Positions 44,572 through 53,760 are shown, counted from the first letter of the stretch. The stretch is DNA of 64,000 bases from Hyphomicrobiaceae bacterium (GCA_033812735.1 JAPXTA010000001.1:22810-86809); one strand, 5' to 3'. Numbers and translations: made by a program. The notes: a model not told the origin generated them from the sequence alone.

Positions 44572-45528
44572 ATGATGAAGCGCACGACCAGATTGCGTTG
44601 GGATGATCTCCTTCAACTCGGGGCCGGACTCGTCGGTGCCGCAGCAATCGCGAAGATTTATTGGCTGACCGGGGACGGCACGGAGACCGACTCGATCAGC
44701 GCAGCGATCCGACATCATGGCATTATAGCAGCCGTCGTATTCAAGCTGATCCTTCCTGTGGCAGCAATTGCTGGATGTCTGTTCTTCGCATATCGGGCGC
44801 TGGTTGATAAACCTATCGCCATTCTTGCAACTCCGAGGGTTCAGCATAACAACGGACTTCCGTCCATTTCTTGGGAGCAAACCGCCGGCAGCACCGAAAC
44901 CGTAGCAGATAGCCGCACAAGCGGCTTCAACGGCGCTCTCGTTGTATTCGTCTTGATCGGGGGGCTATCCGGATACTTCCTTAGCCAACCGGACAATGCG
45001 CTTCGTAATACGTTGATTGGGATGGCAGCTTGCCTGCTACTTGGTTTTCACGCACTTGGGCGCTTCGCTTCTGAGCTGACGCCGAATGAGAAGTCATCGC
45101 CGGTTACTCGAACTGAGCGATGCAGGATGTTGGTCGAGGAAGGTGATGGCACTTTGATGCTCGTCATCGCGCGCGGTGCCGGCGATGGTGACAACTTACC
45201 CATCGTCGCCCGGCTGCCCCTCGACTCGTTCTCGAACTTCGAAGAGGGAACCCACAAGCAGTGGTTTCGTAGTCGGAGCACGACTGCCGAACTGATCGAT
45301 TGGGGTGTTATCGTCTTGCAGACCCGTTCTGGTGATGTCGTGCCAGTCGCAGAATCTGTCGATGCCCAATATGAGCTGACAAAACTGTTGGGTCTGTTCC
45401 AGATGCATATCGTCGAGCCGCGCGAACAATTGATGCAGACGTTTGTGACAGGCAGACGTGCACAAGAGCATGGGCGCATGCTAGGCGGTTCGCCCGAAAG
45501 TTTCCCTGTGCCATCGCGTCGGTTCTGA
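44572..45528 (+). CDS. Membrane protein (318 aa)
   Basis: It has several hydrophobic helices in its N-terminal half and lies directly downstream of the T4CP gene. Confidence 0.55.
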   Translation: MMKRTTRLRWDDLLQLGAGLVGAAAIAKIYWLTGDGTETDSISAAIRHHGIIAAVVFKLILPVAAIAGCLFFAYRALVDKPIAILATPRVQHNNGLPSISWEQTAGSTETVADSRTSGFNGALVVFVLIGGLSGYFLSQPDNALRNTLIGMAACLLLGFHALGRFASELTPNEKSSPVTRTERCRMLVEEGDGTLMLVIARGAGDGDNLPIVARLPLDSFSNFEEGTHKQWFRSRSTTAELIDWGVIVLQTRSGDVVPVAESVDAQYELTKLLGLFQMHIVEPREQLMQTFVTGRRAQEHGRMLGGSPESFPVPSRRF

Positions 45529-45560
45529 CGCGTTTCGATCCAAGAGCGGAGTGGCGACAT

Positions 45561-46055
45561 ATGCAAACTCGACGGTTTTTGGCCCTGATCGGAATCTTTG
45601 CCATTGTCTTCGCGGCGAAGTTTGCGAGCGACTTGATGGAGAGAGTCAATCCGATCCCGACGAAGGAAGAGCAAGCCATACTCGATAGAGCGAACAAGGC
45701 GTCAGAAGCGGCGCAGAAGGATGCCGTCGCTCAGAACTTGCGCCCTACTCCGCCCGCAGGCAATCGGTTGCAACCAGGACAGGCGGGTCGCGCAGTTGAT
45801 AGTTCCGGGCGAGCAATCCTGATCGAGCGGATCGAGTCCTCGAGCGGCTGCAAGCTGGTCATCCGCATCGCGAACGAAGCCATCACTCCCGAGGAAATCA
45901 CCTCCGCCAGCGTCGCCGGGCGATCGGTAAGCGTAGAACGCTTCCCAGGGAGCAACGACGCGGCGATCGCTTGTGGCCTTCCTGGCAGTGAAGTGAGGTT
46001 CACGCGTCGAACCCGCCGTGGGACCGAAAGCGAATTTGTTCTTCAGAAATCGTGA
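45561..46055 (+). CDS. Membrane-anchored or secreted protein (164 aa)
   Basis: The N-terminus has the hydrophobic stretch FLALIGIFAIVFAAKF. Confidence 0.5.
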   Translation: MQTRRFLALIGIFAIVFAAKFASDLMERVNPIPTKEEQAILDRANKASEAAQKDAVAQNLRPTPPAGNRLQPGQAGRAVDSSGRAILIERIESSSGCKLVIRIANEAITPEEITSASVAGRSVSVERFPGSNDAAIACGLPGSEVRFTRRTRRGTESEFVLQKS

Positions 46056-46128
46056 GCAGTGAAACAGCGACATCGCTGTTTCGACCCATCCGTTGTCAAG
46101 ACGTCTCTCTGTCACGACAGCTCGACAG

Positions 46129-46545
46129 TCAGCAATTGCCCCCTGCCCCAGGTGCCAGATCTGCATCTGCAATCTCGTATCCGGCGGAACGAAGAGCTTT
46201 CAGGATGATGCATCGCACCGTCGTCTTCTGATCGAGCGCGTCGCGCTTCATCCGGTCGTTGAGAGACTGTGGCAGTCGGATGGTGAGCTTGGTTTGCAGG
46301 CTCGGCTTATCTGCGCCCGTTATCCCGGACGTCCCAGCTAACGCCTGCCGAGCCGTCGAGCTGTCGTCACGTCGAGCTGTCGAAGCGTCCTTCTGTCGCG
46401 ACATTTTGCCGTCTCGCTGTCGGGCTGTCGGGACGGCGGCATCAGGTTTGACGAGCGTTGGCACGTTCATGCTGTCGCTGATGAGATCGATGACTTCGTC
46501 CGAAACATCAGCTGTATTGATCTGGCGGAATTGGGGCTTGGTCAT
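46129..46545 (-). CDS. ParG-like ribbon-helix-helix partition/centromere-binding protein
   Basis: It lies directly downstream of parA. The C-terminal segment KLTIRLPQSLNDRMKRDALDQKTTVRCIILKAL is RHH-like. Confidence 0.55.
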   Translation of the reverse strand: MTKPQFRQINTADVSDEVIDLISDSMNVPTLVKPDAAVPTARQRDGKMSRQKDASTARRDDSSTARQALAGTSGITGADKPSLQTKLTIRLPQSLNDRMKRDALDQKTTVRCIILKALRSAGYEIADADLAPGAGGNC

Positions 46546-47240
46546 CAGGCGGCCGCTCCTTCCTGGCTGGCATGGTCGGAGGAGGTGGCAAACAAGGCTT
46601 GAATATCGGCCTTCAACTCGTCGAGCTCTTCGATGGCTTTAGCGACAGTCGGCCGCTTCCGGTCGGCGAAGTGGGGCGGCAAGCCGGAGAGGCCCATTTC
46701 CTCGTAAGCCGCGCGTTGCATGATCCGCGTGCGAATTCTCGGAAGCTTCAGTCGGATAATTTCGGTGATGGCGAAGGCTTGGGCGGAGGAGGAGAGGGGC
46801 TGCACCCGGTTGAGGACAAGCCGATAGAGCGGAGCCTTTCCCATCGCCTTGAAGAACGAGGTAATGTGCTTGGCGATGCGGGACGCCTCAAAGATGTCTG
46901 CTTCGGTCGGGGACGCTGGAATGAGGGTGAGGTGGGCACGGGCGACGGCATGTGTGAGCGCCCGCTCGTAGGTGCCCGCGACATCGATCAAGATCAGGTC
47001 AGGCGCATCAACTTCGATGACCCGCTCCAGATGGTCGGTCAACTCGGCCGGGTCCGGCTTGGCGAGGGTGATGGCCTCTGGCCGTCGTGTGCCATCGCTG
47101 AACCAGCGGGAAATGGTATGGTTGTTGTCGAGATCGACGATGTGGACGGTTTGTCCCTCGGCGGCCCAGGCGCCGGCCAGGCACCCGGTCAGGGTGGACT
47201 TACCGACACCGCCTTTGGACGAGGCGAGTGTAATGATCAT
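46545..47240 (-). CDS. parA: ParA-family partition ATPase
   Basis: The ATG is at 47240. The deviant Walker A motif is ITLASSKGGVGKST. Confidence 0.9.
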   Translation of the reverse strand: MIITLASSKGGVGKSTLTGCLAGAWAAEGQTVHIVDLDNNHTISRWFSDGTRRPEAITLAKPDPAELTDHLERVIEVDAPDLILIDVAGTYERALTHAVARAHLTLIPASPTEADIFEASRIAKHITSFFKAMGKAPLYRLVLNRVQPLSSSAQAFAITEIIRLKLPRIRTRIMQRAAYEEMGLSGLPPHFADRKRPTVAKAIEELDELKADIQALFATSSDHASQEGAAA

Positions 47241-47484
47241 GCAGTATCCGTTTCGGGGCTGAACACGCCCATAATGAGATGTCCCGACATACCGATGTCG
47301 AGCCGTCATGACAGCGTACCGCCGGGCTTCACGAAGTCCACAACGATTCGCGGCATCACGAATTCCAATTTCCCCTTTCAATTTCAAATCCAGCTGGTGT
47401 TAGAAAGTTATAGACAGTTAGAGAGTTACAGTTGTGGATTTTGGCCGGAAGATGTTGAAATGACTTTCAATGTTTTTCCCGCCG

Positions 47485-47672
47485 GTCGGCGAAAGACCGA
47501 ATTTACGTCGCCGATAGACCGAATAGCGGTCGGCAAACGACCGAGCCCTGGTCGGTGAAGGTATTCGGATTGGTTGGTCGCCAGAAGAACGAAGTCGGTC
47601 GCCAAAGGACCGAAGTCGAGACGCCCCACGCGAAGTCGCCGAAAGACCGAATCGGTCGGCGATAGAACGAAT
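47485..47672. repeat. Iteron array (7 clear copies plus 1 degenerate copy of an ~18-bp unit, consensus GTCGSCRAWAGAMCGAAK) = probable vegetative origin
   Basis: Copies start at 47485, 47507, 47529, (47551), 47577, 47598, 47635 and 47655, mostly 21-22 bp apart. The array lies between the divergent parA and repA. A DnaA-box-like TGTGGATTT at 47433-47441 and AGTTA repeats at 47406-47432 lie beside it. Confidence 0.75.
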
Positions 47673-47711
47673 CTGTTGAGCGGACTCCAGTAGCCAATCT
47701 AGGCTTGCTCC

Positions 47712-48752
47712 ATGAGTGCATTGCTGCCCGAACGTCACCCGATCCGCGATTTCTTCATCGAGCTTGATACGGTCGACGTGACGCCGCGTTCGGACATGGC
47801 GTCGATGGGGCATCCGATCTTCTCATTGTCGTCCCAACCTGACATGCGAACGCTACGCTACGAGCACGATCAGACCATCGTCGAGATTCAGCCATCGGCG
47901 AGGGGCCTCGCCACGATCTTCGACAAGGATATTCTCATCTACTGCATCTCGAAGCTGATGGACCGGAAGAACCGTGGTGCCGAGATCGGGCAGGTGGTGC
48001 GCATCACCACCCATGACATGCTGGTTGCGACGAACCGACAGACGGGCGGCATCACTTACGAGCGCCTGGAACACGCCCTGGACCGATTGGCGGGGACGCG
48101 CATCAAGACGAATATCGTCACGGGTGACGAGGTGACGCGCCAAAACTTCGGTCTCATCGAGTGGTACGAGTATAACCGCAAGGGCAGCGGATTTTCTGAG
48201 CGCTTGAAATATCTCGACATCAAGTTGTCCGATTGGCTCTTCCGGACGGTTCAATCCGCCGAGGTGCTGCCGATCAGCCGCGACTACTTCCGGCTTCGGC
48301 GTCCCATCGACCGGCGACTCTACGAAATGGCGCGCAAGCACTGCGGCCGCCAACCATCATGGCGCATTGGCACGGAGCTGTTGCAGAAAAAGTGCGGGTC
48401 GAAGCAAGAGGGCAAGCACTTCGCCGCACACCTGCGCGAACTCGCCCGATCCGACCATCTCCCAGATTATCGGATGACGCTCGACGACGGCAAGGCAGTC
48501 TTCACCCGTCGCCAGGATTTTGCCGAACGCACGACCGCATCAACAAGTTCGACGACGCCGGAAAAGCCGAAGGCCATCCGTATATCAGCCGCGGCCTTCG
48601 AGGAAATGTACGAAATCGCGCCGGGCTGGGACAAATACATGCTGGAGCAATGCTATTTGGCTTGGGCGACTAATAAGGACCCGGCCCGAAACGAGGACAG
48701 CCGCTTCCTGAGTTGGGTCCGCAGCTATACAAAAGGCAAGCTGAGCCCATAG
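47712..48752 (+). CDS. repA: Plasmid replication initiator (Replication initiator protein A / RepA family)
   Basis: It has LLPERHPIRDFFIELD..., GHPIFSLSSQPDMRTLRYEH...VEIQPSARGLATIFDKDILIY. It is adjacent to the iterons. Confidence 0.85.
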   Translation: MSALLPERHPIRDFFIELDTVDVTPRSDMASMGHPIFSLSSQPDMRTLRYEHDQTIVEIQPSARGLATIFDKDILIYCISKLMDRKNRGAEIGQVVRITTHDMLVATNRQTGGITYERLEHALDRLAGTRIKTNIVTGDEVTRQNFGLIEWYEYNRKGSGFSERLKYLDIKLSDWLFRTVQSAEVLPISRDYFRLRRPIDRRLYEMARKHCGRQPSWRIGTELLQKKCGSKQEGKHFAAHLRELARSDHLPDYRMTLDDGKAVFTRRQDFAERTTASTSSTTPEKPKAIRISAAAFEEMYEIAPGWDKYMLEQCYLAWATNKDPARNEDSRFLSWVRSYTKGKLSP

Positions 48753-48925
48753 TAAAGTCGGAAAAAGTAGGCTGACGATGCGCAAAATGAGCAGCCTTAT
48801 TGTTCAAACTGGCCATCAGCCAAAAATATATTCCGAAAATAAATCAATAGCGATTGCAGCGCTGTCCATTTGCTATGGTCGCGGTCGACTAGTATTTCAT
48901 TGCATGTATTTTAGAAGAGGAAACT

Positions 48926-49687
48926 ATGATTAAAAAGAGTGATATTGAAGTGCAACTATCAAAGTCATCATGGATTGAGTCTGCGTCTATCGAGCCGGGT
49001 CGGTATCTGCCGTCAGCGACGAGATCTGGAGTAGAAATTATTGTTCGAAACAAATCGCCATTAGTAATCCGCTGGTGTTCGGTGGATATATTTTACGAAC
49101 ACGCGAAGACTTATTATTGGCGTTCGGACTCGATTTGGCTTGAAGGAAAAGCGGGACCTGAGTTGGCAAATACCAGAATTACCGTCCGAGGCGCCGAGCA
49201 CTTGGCTGTCAATGTGGGTATTATCGCTGTAGGACACTCTCAGACTCGGCGGGTGACATTCGTAAGTAGATATGCAGATAGAGACAAGGCAGGGGGACTT
49301 CCAAAGGATTGTAAACTGCTTCGCGTTTATGGTGAGGATGTCAAAGGCGACAAATTTGTCTTCGATTTGCACAATCGGACGGTCTCTCCAGTCGTTGAAA
49401 CAGATGCTTGGTGCTTCATCGCGAATGCTGCATTCGAAGACGAGGGCCACCCGACGGTCAACGAGTTGCGGCGAGTCCGAGACGAACTATTGCGCCCCAC
49501 TCGCCCCGGTCGAGCCTTCATCAAATTCTACTATCGGCATTCACCGCGCGTTGCGGCCTGGATGGCAACCCGGCCACGGATCAAGCGTGCGACGCGTGCG
49601 GTGCTGACGCCGTTGGCGCGATCGACGCGGGCAGTGTCGGCCCTGCGCCGGGAGGGCTGGCGTTCGCTGTTCCAGAACAATCTGTAG
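48926..49687 (+). CDS. Hypothetical protein with a conserved C-terminal Cys-motif module (paralogue 1)
   Basis: The gene is AT-rich. It has WCFIANAAFEDEGHPTVNELRRVRDELL...FIKFYYRHSP. It is paralogous along its full length to the ORF at 54321-54980. Confidence 0.6.
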   Translation: MIKKSDIEVQLSKSSWIESASIEPGRYLPSATRSGVEIIVRNKSPLVIRWCSVDIFYEHAKTYYWRSDSIWLEGKAGPELANTRITVRGAEHLAVNVGIIAVGHSQTRRVTFVSRYADRDKAGGLPKDCKLLRVYGEDVKGDKFVFDLHNRTVSPVVETDAWCFIANAAFEDEGHPTVNELRRVRDELLRPTRPGRAFIKFYYRHSPRVAAWMATRPRIKRATRAVLTPLARSTRAVSALRREGWRSLFQNNL

Positions 49688-49856
49688 TAGCTGGTGTTGG
49701 CACTGCTGACGATGGTGTCGACCCGCTTCGCTGCCGCCAACATAGCTACTTCTCCGGGCGCATAGCTGAACCGGAGGCCATGTCATCATCGCGCCATCGC
49801 TGCCGGTTGGAATGCGCTGCGACAGCGGACCGTGATGCGGCATCCGGACACGAAAG

Positions 49857-50318
49857 GTGCGGGGCATGGCCAAGACAGAGGCGATGGGCAAGCTGTACGC
49901 GCGGGCGATGGAGGCGCGCATCCGCGCGGAATACGGCTTCATTCTTCCTGACGGCAGTGCCGATCCATCCGAGTTCTTGGCGGCACAGGCGCGCGAGGGA
50001 AACGGGTCGAAGCGGCGGCGCGGAAAACCCGGCAAGCCTAACCGGAAGAATGAGGCACACCCGAATGGTCCGGTGACGCCGCTGGTGTTGAACGATTATC
50101 ACCTGATCTGCTTTGCCGATGCGATGGAGCAGGAGGGCATCACCTTCGTGACCATGACGGTGCGAGCGGATGACGTCCGGGTCGAGGCAACGCCAGCCGA
50201 TGCGACCCGCTACCTGCTGCACCTGCAGGCGAAGAACCGCGAATTGAGCCCGGCCCAGAAGGCCGAATGGACGATGCGCGGCAGCGAGCTGCGCGCATGG
50301 CTGACGCGATCAGTGTGA
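49857..50318 (+). CDS. Hypothetical protein (153 aa)
   Basis: It converges on the recombinase gene and overlaps it by 9 nt. It has a basic central stretch. Confidence 0.4.
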   Translation: MRGMAKTEAMGKLYARAMEARIRAEYGFILPDGSADPSEFLAAQAREGNGSKRRRGKPGKPNRKNEAHPNGPVTPLVLNDYHLICFADAMEQEGITFVTMTVRADDVRVEATPADATRYLLHLQAKNRELSPAQKAEWTMRGSELRAWLTRSV

Positions 50319-50966
50319 CGCGCCGCGGCGCTGGCCAGCCGAGTTCGCCGGTTCCCTTACGCAGGATTGCCAGAACCGCCGAGCGAAGGCGATCTCCTCG
50401 GGGCCGATGACGTCGAGATAGATTTCTGTGGTGCTGAGCCTGGCGTGTCCCATCCAGCGCTTGAGAAGAGTAACGGGCACGCCCGCCTGCAATGCGCCAA
50501 CACCGAAGCCGTGACGCAGGCCGTGAGGGCGTGCCTGATTGCCTATGATGCCGGCATCCTCCATGACGGATTTGACGACCCGCCATCCGGTGACGCGATG
50601 GAACGGCCATAGTCGCTCATGAGCGCGCACGGCGCAGCGTTGTCGCTGGCGCAGATGGAAGATCGCCTCGAGTTCGGCGATGAGGGGAGGCGGCAGCGGT
50701 ACATCGCGCATCACCGCCTTGCGGCGCTTGAGCGTGAGCAGCGTCACGCTGTTCAATTCAAGATCGAAGCGAGACGGGGTGAGGGCGAGCGCCTCGCTGA
50801 TCCGCGCGCCGGACCATGCCAGCATCTCGATGAAAAGCCGCTTGTCCTCAGGGAGTTGCGCGGCGGCAGCAAGAACCCGCTGGCGTTCGCTGCGCGTCAG
50901 ATATTTGCGGCCATGACAATGGCGGGCGCCGTCGTGGCGGCGAGGGTGTGCATCAGAACTGCCCAT
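50310..50966 (-). CDS. Small (218 aa) tyrosine site-specific recombinase of FimB/FimE-like size
   Basis: Catalytic-domain motifs are WSGARISEALAL, HGLRHGFG and MGHARLSTTEIY. Almost no N-terminal core-binding domain is present. Confidence 0.85.
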   Translation of the reverse strand: MGSSDAHPRRHDGARHCHGRKYLTRSERQRVLAAAAQLPEDKRLFIEMLAWSGARISEALALTPSRFDLELNSVTLLTLKRRKAVMRDVPLPPPLIAELEAIFHLRQRQRCAVRAHERLWPFHRVTGWRVVKSVMEDAGIIGNQARPHGLRHGFGVGALQAGVPVTLLKRWMGHARLSTTEIYLDVIGPEEIAFARRFWQSCVREPANSAGQRRGASH

Positions 50967-51098
50967 ATTGTTGCATTCGAAAATATTCTTTTCTTTTCAG
51001 TAACATAGATTGAATGAGCAAGTCATCATCGCCATTTCTTGCCCGTAATGACCCCTCTCCTACCACGCATTAGCAAGGAGCGCAACAATATGGGCAGT
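50958..51098. repeat. Perfect 17-bp inverted repeats flanking a 107-bp AT-rich segment (candidate invertible element)
   Basis: The left arm is ACTGCCCATATTGTTGC (50958-50974) and contains the recombinase ATG. The right arm is GCAACAATATGGGCAGT (51082-51098). A third half-site, TATTGTTGCG (51098-51107), makes a 10-bp palindrome with a 7-nt spacer. Confidence 0.5.
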
Positions 51099-51231
51099 AT
51101 TGTTGCGTGAATACTGTTTTCGTTTCTTATAGTATGTGGTAAATACTTATTAATATAATAACTCGCCGGCCAGTTACTTTAATGTATTGGGAAGTAAAGG
51201 AGGCGCATCGACGACGTGAAGGAGATGACTG

Positions 51232-51768
51232 ATGTTCCGTACTGTTCTTCGTGACGCAACGGCGGGTGTAGCGCTTGCCGGTATCGCCTTGACCGCTCCA
51301 GTAGCCGTTCTGCCTATGAAGGCGGCTGCCCAGCAAGTAGCAGCGAATACTACGGGCGCGCCAACGCCTCCTGCGCCGAATTTTGCGCCCTGCGAGAAGA
51401 TCAAAGACCCGGCCAAGGCTGCGCAATGCTCGCATGACGCCGTCATGCAGAACCTGCGGGAGAGAAACGAGGCGGCGCTGGCACGTCAGAAGGAGGCCGC
51501 TGCTCGTGCGGCAAATGCGGATGCTCGCGCCGCAAATGCCGATGCACGTGTGAAGAACGCAGACGCTCAGGTCGGTTGCGTCAATGACATTTCTGCGCTG
51601 CGTCGCGACCAAGGGTTCGGCGCCAAAGCCACGGAGATCGCTCGAGAAATTGTTAAAGCAAGTGGGCGCCCAGTGGCCGAGATGGATGCGTGCCATTTAC
51701 GAGATGGCATCCGCGCGGGCTTGAAGCAGCTCAAGCTTCTCCCGGGCGATCGCGCATCGCTCAACTAA
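51232..51768 (+). CDS. Secreted/periplasmic protein with a signal peptide and heptad repeats
   Basis: The signal-peptide-like N-terminus is MFRTVLRDATAGVALAGIALTAPVAVLPMKAAA. A 3 x 21-nt tandem repeat at 51509-51571 encodes AANADAR-type heptads. Four Cys residues are present. Confidence 0.6.
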   Translation: MFRTVLRDATAGVALAGIALTAPVAVLPMKAAAQQVAANTTGAPTPPAPNFAPCEKIKDPAKAAQCSHDAVMQNLRERNEAALARQKEAAARAANADARAANADARVKNADAQVGCVNDISALRRDQGFGAKATEIAREIVKASGRPVAEMDACHLRDGIRAGLKQLKLLPGDRASLN

Positions 51769-51770
51769 TC

Positions 51771-53039
51771 TTACGCCATCCTGGGTGCTGAAGGCTTTGG
51801 CGGAGCCGCAGCGGTCTGTGTTTTATCAGCGGGAGCTTTGTCTGCTGGCGGTGCTGCTGCAGTCGTGGTGGCGGGCGCAGAGCCCGGTGCGGGTGCCGCT
51901 TCAGCACGGTGCTGCGGATTCTCTGGCTTTGCAGGTGCAGGGTCATCGAGATCGCCAAGATCAGCGGTCTTTTTTGCAGCGGCGGCTTGGTCTCTGACAT
52001 CTGCTGCTTGTTCCTTAACCTCGGCAGCTTGCACTCTGACCTCGGCCCGCTGATGCTCAACGGTTGCCGTATGCTCGTTGCCAACCGTGGTGGCCCTGAA
52101 TTGTTGTTGAATTCGCTTGTCGTCCTCAAGTCGTTGGACGCGCGCACGGTCTGATTCGCTTCGTTTAGCAATATCCTCCATGCGTTGCTTCTGTGCTCTG
52201 CCAGCTGCTTCGTAGCGGGCTTTCGCAGCTGCATCACTTGGATTGGCGAAATGCGCTGCTGCGGCGTGATCGAAGTCACGCATAATTCTGCTGGTTGATT
52301 GCTGTTCACCCGGCGGCAATCCCTGGATCAGCGCTTCTGTCGACTTCGCCGCCTTCTCGGCGTCGAAACCGCGCAATTTGGCGTGCTTGGCGAAGGCAAC
52401 GATATCGGGCGCTTCGTAGAATGCTCCGTTCCGCAACGCCTTGTATCCGGTCTCGCGCAGGTTGGTCTCCGCGATGGCCTTGATCGCCGCTGGCCCGAGC
52501 TTCAATAAATCGGGATGGTTGGCCGCCCATGGCATTCCGAGGCGGAGCGCTTCGGCACGCGCTCCGGCAATTGCCTGCGCCGTAGCCGGTGACATGCGGT
52601 CTTCTCCAGCAAGCGCACTGAACCGCGCGCCTGAATCGCCACGAGGAGCGCCATCGCCTATACGCAGCAGGTTGGCACCGTTGTCGCGCGGAGCACCACT
52701 GCCATCGGGCAATGAGCGGGGATCGGTCTTGCCGTTTGCGGTGGCGCCTGTGCCGGCGAGGCTTTGGGCAGTGATGCTCTGCAACAGTCCGCCTGAGGTG
52801 GCAATGCTCTGCAACTGTTCGCGTGGTAGTTGGCGAATGAGGCGCTGCGCGACGGCGAGAGCTTGGCGAACCTGGGCAACATCGATCGGCCGGCCGGCAG
52901 TGTCGGCCTCGGCGCGGATGTTGCTCTCGATTGCCGTGAGTGCCTGCGCCTCCAGAGCGTCGGGCACAGTGTGTGCCTCGGGGTCACGTCTTGTGCCCTT
53001 GAAGAAGCTGGCGCGGCGCTGCTGCGAGCGGTCAGGCAT
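51771..53039 (-). CDS. Hypothetical protein (422 aa) with a coiled-coil and Ala/Pro-rich tail
   Basis: It overlaps the upstream gene by 8 nt and is the last gene of a three-gene minus-strand operon. Confidence 0.55.
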   Translation of the reverse strand: MPDRSQQRRASFFKGTRRDPEAHTVPDALEAQALTAIESNIRAEADTAGRPIDVAQVRQALAVAQRLIRQLPREQLQSIATSGGLLQSITAQSLAGTGATANGKTDPRSLPDGSGAPRDNGANLLRIGDGAPRGDSGARFSALAGEDRMSPATAQAIAGARAEALRLGMPWAANHPDLLKLGPAAIKAIAETNLRETGYKALRNGAFYEAPDIVAFAKHAKLRGFDAEKAAKSTEALIQGLPPGEQQSTSRIMRDFDHAAAAHFANPSDAAAKARYEAAGRAQKQRMEDIAKRSESDRARVQRLEDDKRIQQQFRATTVGNEHTATVEHQRAEVRVQAAEVKEQAADVRDQAAAAKKTADLGDLDDPAPAKPENPQHRAEAAPAPGSAPATTTAAAPPADKAPADKTQTAAAPPKPSAPRMA

Positions 53040-53760
53040 CGGCTCTCCTCATCGGCAGTGCGATCTCATGGCCGAAGTCGAAGTAGCGTTCGCGGATGGT
53101 TTCCCCGCTTGCGTTGCGTTCGATCACAGCGGGTTCGCCGATCCGATGCGGCACGTCGTACTGGCAGTAGGCCTCGTAGAGCACGGTGCCACTCCCGTCG
53201 GTGCGGAGAATGGCCGGACCGTCGAGACGATGCTTGAGCAGGTGCGTACTGTCGTGCTCGGGCTCATACTGAGCGAGAAACCATTCCTCGACACGGCAAC
53301 CTTCGTCGTCCTCGTATAAGTCGCAGAACTCAAGCCCCATCGTAAGGGCGGCGCGCACATACTCGGCGACCGGCGGCAGCTTGATCATTTCGGTTGGGCG
53401 ATCGCTGAAGGCCTTTTCGAAGGCGGCGTCGTAGATGGCGGCGAAGTGCATCATCAGATTCATGTGGCGTTGGAGCCTGCGGTCGTAGCCAACGGCGTCG
53501 CCAAGACCGGTGCCGACCTGGATGAAGAAAAAGTAGCGTACATGCTTGGCGACCAATTCGCTGACCGCCGTGATGGCTTCGGGGCGGCGATCTGGTGCGA
53601 ACAGCAGATTGGCGGCGCTACCTTCGTCCATCTCGTATGCGACGGCCTCGGCGATGGTCTCGATCTGCGGGTCGGTGAGCGGAACACTCATATGCATGGC
53701 GACCTCGCGAACGATGGCGCCGGTGAGATGCGAAAGGTTTTCGAAGGTCGGCGCGGTCAT
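53032..53760 (-). CDS. Hypothetical protein (242 aa) with C-terminal MORN/YwqK-like repeats
   Basis: The ATG at 53760 overlaps the stop of the upstream gene. The repeat pattern is DGPAILRTDGSGTVLYEAY...HRIGEPAVIERNASGETIRERY. Confidence 0.5.
   Translation of the reverse strand: MTAPTFENLSHLTGAIVREVAMHMSVPLTDPQIETIAEAVAYEMDEGSAANLLFAPDRRPEAITAVSELVAKHVRYFFFIQVGTGLGDAVGYDRRLQRHMNLMMHFAAIYDAAFEKAFSDRPTEMIKLPPVAEYVRAALTMGLEFCDLYEDDEGCRVEEWFLAQYEPEHDSTHLLKHRLDGPAILRTDGSGTVLYEAYCQYDVPHRIGEPAVIERNASGETIRERYFDFGHEIALPMRRADA

Noticed and set aside
41165-46055. A VirB/Trb-type T4SS in this block
   Set aside because: None of the proteins shows VirB4, VirB11, VirB6 or VirB10 hallmarks such as extra Walker ATPases. 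Only the coupling protein is recognisable.
46330-46440. Direct repeats (CGTCGAGCTGTCG x2, GCTGTCGG x2) as a centromere
   Set aside because: They lie inside the ParG-like coding region and encode a repeated STAR(R/Q) peptide. A centromere role is possible, but nothing supports it beyond the repetition.
46572-47558. 328-aa plus-strand ORF
   Set aside because: It is antisense to parA, which has an unambiguous KGGVGKST Walker motif. Its 3' end also runs through the iteron region.
47485-47672. Possible CRISPR array
   Set aside because: The repeats are 18 bp on a ~22-bp period, essentially without spacers, and they are imperfect. They sit between parA and repA, so they are iterons and not CRISPR repeats. 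No cas genes are present.
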